Shown piece by piece: positions 55,652 to 64,000 of a DNA stretch of 64,000 nucleotides. The notes beneath the pieces were generated by a model. The model worked only from the letters and a program-made list of their open reading frames with translations. It was not told where the DNA came from and did no database searches. Numbering within the stretch: position 1 is the stretch's first letter; the number at the start of each line of letters is the position of its first letter. The stretch spans positions 86,118,001-86,182,000 of the forward strand of contig OX597816.1 in assembly GCA_951406725.2 (NCBI GenBank). Reading direction: 5' to 3'. Origin of the DNA: Octopus vulgaris. Its lineage: Eukaryota. Made by a program: the position numbers and the translations under genes.

Positions 55652-56536
55652 TCTTGCGGTGAATAAATTGTCGTCTAAATTACACAAAAGGGAAATAACA
55701 CTGACATCTCATTTTAACAGATATATTTACTAGCATTACATAAATATATCTTGAAATATGAAGGATTAAATTTATTCAGTAACATCGTCATTGGTTTCAA
55801 TCCCGACATCCAGATGACTTCGGAATTTCCTGCAACTATTCTGCACGGTCTCTTTGTCTAAGTCGGTGAATGATGTCATAATCTTTGCTTTCAGTTCATC
55901 TTTGGTGTTACAAGGCGTTTTGTTGGTCTATTGCTCAACTGCACCCCACACATAATAATCAAGGGTGTTGCAGTTTGTGGAGTTAGAGGGACAGATGTTC
56001 GGAATCAGGTGGTTGCAGAAACTGTCTTACAGCCACGGCTGGGTTCTCTTGATTGTGTGGCATGGTGCACAATCCTGTTGCGAGACATAGGGTCTTCCAG
56101 CGGCCACCCTCTTGACCCAGACATCACTACCTCCTCCAAGCACTTGATTTAGGCCTCCGTGTTGAGTGTGAGGTTATGCGAGAAGATGAATGGAAGCATA
56201 GTGTCGCCATCACTAGTGATTACTCCAAACAACATGATGTTGACTGGACGTTTGATTTTTAATTCTCGGTACATGTCCTCAGATTGCACCGTCCTCAGAT
56301 TGACATCCAAACACTCTGAATTGTTTACACTGGCGATTCTGGTGTGAATGCTAAGCAGCACAGCATGTCATTTTCAAATTTCTGGGAGAGTGAATTGCAT
56401 TCTGGTGTTGATTGACTCACAGACGGTGCCCAAGTAACTCTACAAAACCGTGTAGTCCACAAAATCAAAAAACAAGCAATACGCATGCGTTAAATAAAAA
56501 ATATAAAATGGCGACAATTTTCCGTCGCACACTGCA
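55652..56536 (-). mobile_element. Tc1/mariner (maT/DD37D-like) relic with degenerate TIRs
   Basis: KRPVNIMLFGVITSDGDTMLPFIF, SQQDCAPCHT and PLTPQTATPLIIM (frameshifted P.SPDCNPLDY) segments; ends TGCGGTGAATAAATTGTCGTC / GGCGACAATTTTCCGTCGCA. Confidence 0.8.
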
Positions 56537-57418
56537 TATACATTATGGCCACATAACGTAAAATTACGTAAATAGATACAAATGCGAACACACACACATT
56601 GTGTATGTGTATTTGTGTGATATTTGCTATTTTACGTATATTAAGGAGACCAAAGATTTTCGCGTATTATGTATACATGCAAAGATGCCTCTCAATGATA
56701 TTTCTGATAATTAAAATTTATCTTAATACACTTTCTTTCGTGTTTTCGGCATGATAAATTTTAATCTCCCATAGGATTATTTTATGTGTTTCTTATACCC
56801 ACCGAATTTTTTGCCTACACAAGGATAGTTCAGCCTGCATATTTCCTTGATATAAAAATACTATAGTCTATTTCAATTCAGCCAATTATTTTTTGAATAT
56901 GTATTTAATCTATATTTCAAAGATATTTACTGAATGTTTAACATGATTTCCAAACCCATTCTACAAACTGAAATTCCTATCTCAATAACATTAAAATAAA
57001 ATCAATGAAATACTTTATTTTCTATATACCTATCACTCTGCCTCACCTTACCTTAACTTACTACACAAATTCTCTTCAGGATTTCGCGTGCTACCACTCA
57101 CTGAATTCAATTAAGGCTACCTATATCTCCCAGTTATTATAATTCATGGTGAAGTTAAATCCTAGCTATTTACTTTCCACCCTAGAATCATCCTTAACTG
57201 TTTACTCTATATAACACATCATTAATTGTATTTGCATATCACTTTATTTATTCAAACATTTCTTATTCATATCTATCTCTTATATTTACCGACAACGTCG
57301 ATATTGATACAATTTATTTGAATTACATTTATTTACCATGGAATATTATTTTATATTCTAAATGATTTTTTTTCATGGTAAAGTTTGAAAGTTGTATTGC
57401 AGCTACATTCCCTTAATT

Positions 57419-57470
<52 letters not shown>

Positions 57471-58203
57471 AATTTTTTATTCTTTCATTACTCACTTAAA
57501 GTGTATTCACTACCTTGGAACTTTCTAACATATGCACTGTTTGTCACCGGCATAATTTTCATTAGTAGCTTGCAGAAATGCAATGTTTTCTTGTGTGCTC
57601 GCTTATTTGAAAGGAAATCCTACTATAAATTATTTCACGTGTAACATTATTTAACCACACACACAAACAGAACAACGCACGCACACACATGCGGACACTC
57701 TCACATACATGTGTATATAAATATGCTTAGTTTAGGTAGATGATATCACACACACGACTACTGGAGTATTTTTTTGAATTATCAAATCAGTAGTGTGAAG
57801 ATGATATTAGAATGAGCATCACGTCCAGTGATTAGAAATTTACTTTCGGCATTATATTCCCTACATCATCTCCTCTGCTATAATAGTTATGGAGAATTTG
57901 AAATACTTTTTTGCATTGTATAACATATAACCATGCAAAATTGGTGAATATATTATAAAATACGAAGCTATATAAAAGAAACTGTTTGGAAACGGCCACA
58001 GGAAATATATCATAGAATGAAATAGAATAGAATAGCTACAGTGCTTTAAAACATGTATCTCGAAATCGTTTGGTTAGACTACACCATTGAAGGTCGTGCT
58101 CCCAGCATGCTTGCAGTCCAATGACTAAATAGTATAGTAAAATGAAAGATTTGATTATATACGATATAAATATATAAATATACTTACAAATATATATATA
58201 CAG

Positions 58204-58309
<106 letters not shown>

Positions 58310-60831
58310 ATACAGAGAGAAAGAGAAGGGGAAAGAGAGACAGACAGAGAAGAGCTTAGGCTCAGAAAGTCAAAGGCCTCTGACTATGATAATACATCGT
58401 CTTAGGATCGATGCACTGTTCCGTAATTTCCGACTAGAGCCAAGTATATCAAACTACTCCAAGTCGTTGTTAACTTATCCACAACAGTGGACTCTAGACG
58501 GACTTGTTTGTATTGGTACTGAGTCGTATAAAGTGCAATAATGAAGTCAAGCCAAATAGTAATATTTTGAAATTATTTAATACGTACATTTCAGGTTTGC
58601 GTAATATATAATAGGAAATGCTTCTACTGCAGACGACTTTCCCCAGTTAAAACATTTAAAAATATTTCAGCTGGAGAATTTCTTATATTTGTAAGTATCT
58701 ATGTATGTATGTATGCATGTATGTATGTATGTATGTATGTATGTATGTATGTATGTATGTATGTATGTATGTATGTATGTATGTATGTATGTATGTATGT
58801 ATGTATGTATGTATGTATGTATGTATGTATGTATGTATATATGTATGCATGTATGTATGTATGTATGTATGTATGTATGTATGTATGTATGTATGTATGT
58901 ATGTATGTATGTATGTATGTATGTATGTATGTATGTATGTATGTATGCATGTATGTATGTATGCATGTATGTATGCATGTATGTATGCTTGGCAGCATAT
59001 CATTAGCATTTTTCAAAGGAAGTACTTATTTCTTTCTGCGCCTTTTCGAGTAACTCACCATTTTCGTTATTGCATTTTTCTTTCTTCATATATTCGAGTT
59101 TTAAAACCTGCTGTGTTTAGTAAAAGGGATTATAAAATTCAAATGAGATAATGGACATGAAAATCGTCTTACAAAACCTAGGCTCCTTCTACATTGAATG
59201 TTATTGTTCTGCAAAAAATTGTGACGAGAAGAGCTTGAAAACATATGTAATATGATAAAGTTGGTTGAGGAAAATCCTAATCCTAAAATGCTTTTGAGTG
59301 TCCCGATAACTTATAAAGGAAACAAAAAAAAAGAAAGGAAAGGAATAAAAAATAGTCTGAAAACTGCTGATCAAACCACACTCTTATGTAAACAGAAAGC
59401 ATTCTGCCAACAATCATATTTGAACCTACCGACTATTAGCAGGTCAAAACAGGATTATTAGCTCTTTTCGATTATGGATCTCTCTATCTGGCTCAATGAA
59501 GCTTGTCACATAACGAACAGCAGTTGACAGAAAAGTTCGTACATTATCTGGAAATTAATCAGCTTCAGAAATGTTGTTGAGAACCATAACAAAAACCGGT
59601 TGAAAATTTTGCTCCATAACACTAAAGACTACATATATTACAATGACTATTGCAATGCATGGAAAGAAATTTGATGATATACGAAATAAAGCAATAACGT
59701 CTAAACGAAACTGCGCGGTTTCATAATAATTTTCTGTGAAATCAGATCAATGTTTTGCATAGGATATGGCGCCATGTATCCACTGCAAAATTACTAAAAA
59801 CAACAGTTGAAAAATGAAGGTAACATGAGAATACGCATTTACACGTTCTAAATACTACGCATTTTAGATTTCAAAATGAAATACGTTAATACATTTGGAA
59901 AGCAACCTGCATAATCGTATTGCCCGTAATTTATAGCCTCCGTTAAAACATGCCAGAGGTTTCTTTTAAAATTTCATTAAGAGGGACATCAACACATACA
60001 ACACCGCCTTGTGCAGAATTAACCTTGATAATGCCACAAAATACACATGAGGGTCAAAAAGAAATTCGTTTCTTGCTCCCCAATATTACAATTTACTCAA
60101 TACACCGACATACTATTGATATACTGCAAACAAGCTGCTTCACTACAACGGCAACCTATGTACCATCGTCACATTTCAATTAAATTTCATATTAGAAAGC
60201 AAAACACAAAATTCAAATAACGTTCACTTAGATGACATCTACTAAAGATACAATATAACTACGAAGAGCAGAATAACTTCTGCCGTGCATAGGCATGAAT
60301 AGTCCGTAGCCCACGAAATATATGTGTACAGGGATAAAAGAAATGTAAAGAAGTCTGCATAAAATAAAGTTCTCCACGAAAGCTTCACAATTGTGTTAAT
60401 ATTACATAATCAAAATGTTACTGTATTTGGTTTGCACATAACAAATATAACTTTATGAAAATAGCAAAAGTTACGCTTAGTTGAGATCATATTTGCTGCA
60501 TCACTATGGTGCTAAAAATTTATCTATGAACACGATTTCAAACTAATGCTATATCCAGCTAAATTTGAAGTATTTTCAGTTGGATTTAAGTTATGAAAAA
60601 CAAATCATTCACATAATTTCGAAGCGTTTTTCAAAGATGTCCATCATGGCAAACTAAAATTGTAATATAATGACAAAATGAATTTAGAAAAAAGAAATAT
60701 TCAAATAAATTGTTATATCTATAACTAAAGCAATTTTATCTTCGTTAAATGTCAAAACAACATTGCTCTGAATGTTTGACGCTAATCAAAAAGAAACGTA
60801 AATATTTTAGTACAATGTCTCTATATATGTA

Positions 60832-60912
<81 letters not shown>

Positions 60913-60927
60913 GTCTATATCTCTCTC

Positions 60928-61004
<77 letters not shown>

Positions 61005-61029
61005 GTGTATATATAGATATATATGTATA

Positions 61030-61075
<46 letters not shown>

Positions 61076-62039
61076 TGTGAATATACTTGTGCATATGCAC
61101 ATGTATGTGTGTAAGCGCGTGTTTAGATGCCCTTCTTCTAATGAATTGTCATAGCTTGTTTTTGCTTGTAAAAGTATTCTTGACGTCTTCTGAGAAGTGT
61201 TTTCGTATGTATGTGTGTCTATGGGCATGTGTGTATGTGCGTGTATTATCATATATATACGCGGGTGTGTTTGTGTTTTTACACACACACAAAACGCACA
61301 CATACATGTGTGTTTTGTAGTTGTACATGCGTGTGCATTTTGCTGGATGTCTATGTATAGATTTGAACGTGTACATGTACCTGACTTGGTTCTGAGGATG
61401 TATACGAATGTAAATTTAATAAAAATAGTAGAACGTAAAAAAATAGAGCGTGTTAACGCAATGCTTATGTCACATTGCACTCAAAGTTACTGAATTGAAA
61501 AGAAACTTTTTCATCTCTCTCATTTAACAACAGAGGTCTATTCAAAATGTATCTTGTTTAAAACCAGCTAGCATAAATATAACATTGGAAAATGGATAAC
61601 AACGTTACGGTCTAGAAACTCACCAATTACGTTAACCTCTTAAATAATAATGACTTAAAGCTTTAGCTGGCTACATCGATTATATTGTGGTCTATATGTA
61701 TTATATCTAGAGTGCAGAACATGATTATTTTCTAGTACATGTAGCAAATGTTTTGGGAAATTATTTAGGTCCTTAAATGAAAAATAATGAAAACGTTAAC
61801 TATTCGGTTTACGTGAAATATAAATTGATATACAATTTTAAACACGTAAGACATCATCTGTTAATCATGCTCTTGAGTTATTTCATTCAGCACTAAATTT
61901 GGAAAAACAGCATTTTTTCTTATTTTTTTCTTAATTAGGCGCCAAGTCATGGGGCAACATTTTTTATATTTTCGATATTACAAAGATTATTATTTTCATA
62001 TAACACCCACAAATTAGATTATTGGAAAATAAAAATTCT

Positions 62040-62312
62040 TAACATCGGGTTACAATACGTAACCTTCGAAGGCAAGAACCCGCCTAAGTATCCTAGCACT
62101 CCCTAAGTGTTTCTGTAGCTGTACTAAACTGGGGTTTATGTCTATTTTCTCTATCCATCTGTTCAGATCTTTAGGGATAGGTCCCAATGCACCCATAACT
62201 ACTGGGATACATTTTACTCACACTTTCGATACTCTCTTTAATTCAATGTCTAGGTCCTGGAACTTTGCTATTTTTTCTCTACCCCTCACATTGATTATTC
62301 ATCACTTGGGAC
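62040..62312 (-). mobile_element. RLE-type LINE C-terminal relic
   Basis: REKIAKFQDLDIELKR..CIPVVMGALGPIPKDLNRWI..LQK..LGSARILRRVL. Confidence 0.75.
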
Positions 62313-62334
62313 CCTTTTCGAAGCAAAAATAGAC

Positions 62335-62830
62335 AATGACGGTCGGTGATCCGTTTGCAGTGTAAACTTCCTCCCATGTAAGAATATATGGAATTTATTT
62401 ACTGCGAAGATAACGCCTCTTTTTCAATCTGGCTGTAGTTTCTTTCTGCTGGTAATAGAACTCTCGATGCATGTGCAATAGCTTTAATTTTACCATCATT
62501 GAATTTATGCAATATCACAGCTCCTATACCATATTCACTGGCATCCGATGTCCCAATTATATTTAGATTTCGGTCGAAATGAGTTAATGATAACTTTGAT
62601 GTTAACCGTTTTTTTAATTCCTCGAATGATTTCTTACATTCATTTGTCCAGCTCCATTTTGAGTCCTTCTTTAACAACTTATTCAACGGGGCTCTTAGCT
62701 CATACATTTTAGGTATGTACAACTGGTAATAACTTAGCAAACCTAAAAATGCTTGTAGTGTTGTTTTGTTAGTGGGAGCAGGCATGCTTTCATCACGTCG
62801 ATCCTAGATGGGTCCGGATTTCGTCCGTTT
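62335..62830 (-). mobile_element. Gypsy LTR retrotransposon pol fragment (RT connection/RNase H)
   Basis: LQAFLGLLSYY, SDASEYGIGAVI, AHASRVL..AERNYSQIEKEAL, then GRKFTLQTDHRP. Confidence 0.9.
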
Positions 62831-62834
62831 TCAT

Positions 62835-64000
62835 CGTCTTCTTACTTGACTATTCTTAGGTCAAAGAGGCATGCAGCTGCAGCTATACAGCATATATGGT
62901 ACATCTTGTCCATCACCACTATGTTAGCTTTGTTATGCTCTAGCATCTGATCTGTGTGGATTGGCAAATCTCAGGTAATGTTGCTATTCTCCGACTCTCT
63001 CACTCTCTGCAGTTTGTGCTCATACCACACCTTACCTCTCTCTAGCCCTCACATTTCGTAGTTTCCAGTGTAGCCCTTTCGCCACCTTATCATGTCACCA
63101 GAACTTGTTTGCGGTAAGTCTATGGCATACGTTTGTGATATGGGCAATGTTTTCGTCCACTCAATTATAGATGCGGCACGGCGGAGACACTTGCTCATCC
63201 AAAGAGTTGACTCTCCATGTCGTGACCAAAGCTTTGTCTTGCGCTGCCAGTATAGTGCCCTCGGTCTGCTGTTTTAGTCTTCTTTTCTTCAGGTACTCCT
63301 ACCTATGTTTTCCAGTAACATCTGCTGTGGCTACATGGAATTAAATGTGTAGTCTCTTCTTGCGTAATTCTCCGTCTACGTTTTCTACTTCTTTTGTTTT
63401 TCATTTTTTTCTCTACTTTCAACACTCCCCCGTTCCTAACTGACACCAGCAAAGTTTCCTACTTTTGGGATAGGTATCTCATCAAGCTGTCAATAGGTAC
63501 GTGGTCTTCCACACTTATCATTCTCCTTCTTCCATTTGCTATCTTCATGTAAAAGCGATTAGTGCCATCTGTGGATGATGGCCTCCATGCATCGTTAAGA
63601 GCTCCTCCTTAATCCACTTTAATACTAGTCGCCATACCCAACTCGTGCGACTGCGCGCAAGTTTATTGGCGAAATTATGTTTCTGGCATTCGTCGTTGAA
63701 ACCAATATTTTTCTCACTCGCTACAGGTACCCTTTCTTTGTCTTTTCTTTCATATCGTTGTGTTTTATAGCATCCTCCCTCAAGTATCTGCTGGCATTTA
63801 TATAAAAACAGTTAAGCCCTGGTGTCGATGCAATCGACAATCACATTCCTCCAATCGCTTCAAGCTTCGTGCATCAATTTTATTGAAATTGCGCTGGATA
63901 TGTTTGCATTGTGTATCTATACTCATTTGCATAACATCTAACACACACCAACAAAAACCAGAAGCAATATCAACGGAAAACAATATGGGAAATCCACATA
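62835..64000 (-). mobile_element. RLE-type LINE relic (RT C-terminus, knuckle, nuclease)
   Basis: NRFYMKIANGRRRMISVED (LY..GGRGL-type motif), RHDKVAKGLHW, WYEHK..DLPIHTDQMLEHNKANIVVMDK; heavily decayed. Confidence 0.7.

Noticed and set aside
59250-59600. Possible decayed coding sequence
   Set aside because: No diagnostic motif recovered by manual translation of the plus-strand frames.

Overview
AT-rich, microsatellite-dense eukaryotic DNA with no recognisable host gene (intergenic or large intron). The repeat landscape suggests an octopus/cephalopod, but that is an inference. Nearly all real coding signal is from transposable elements: a near-intact CR1-group LINE (33.9-38.2 kb), Penelope-like elements with hammerhead motifs, RLE-type LINE relics, three Tc1/mariner relics, a Gypsy fragment, a small Helitron-like element and several tRNA-derived SINE families. 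The standout is two highly divergent elements (50049-51219 and 52196-54388) encoding only a CCHC zinc-knuckle ORF1-like protein. Each sits at the same position between the A and B boxes of one SINE family, with an exact 15-bp target-site duplication and a shared TGCC-TTTAT-GGCA...GAAATAAA 3' end, suggesting a SINE-targeting, RT-less retroposon family. Also notable are a candidate -1 ribosomal frameshift joining LINE ORF1 to an AUG-less ORF2, and a tRNA-headed SINE with a hammerhead-like tail. All alignments were done by eye and boundaries of decayed elements are approximate.
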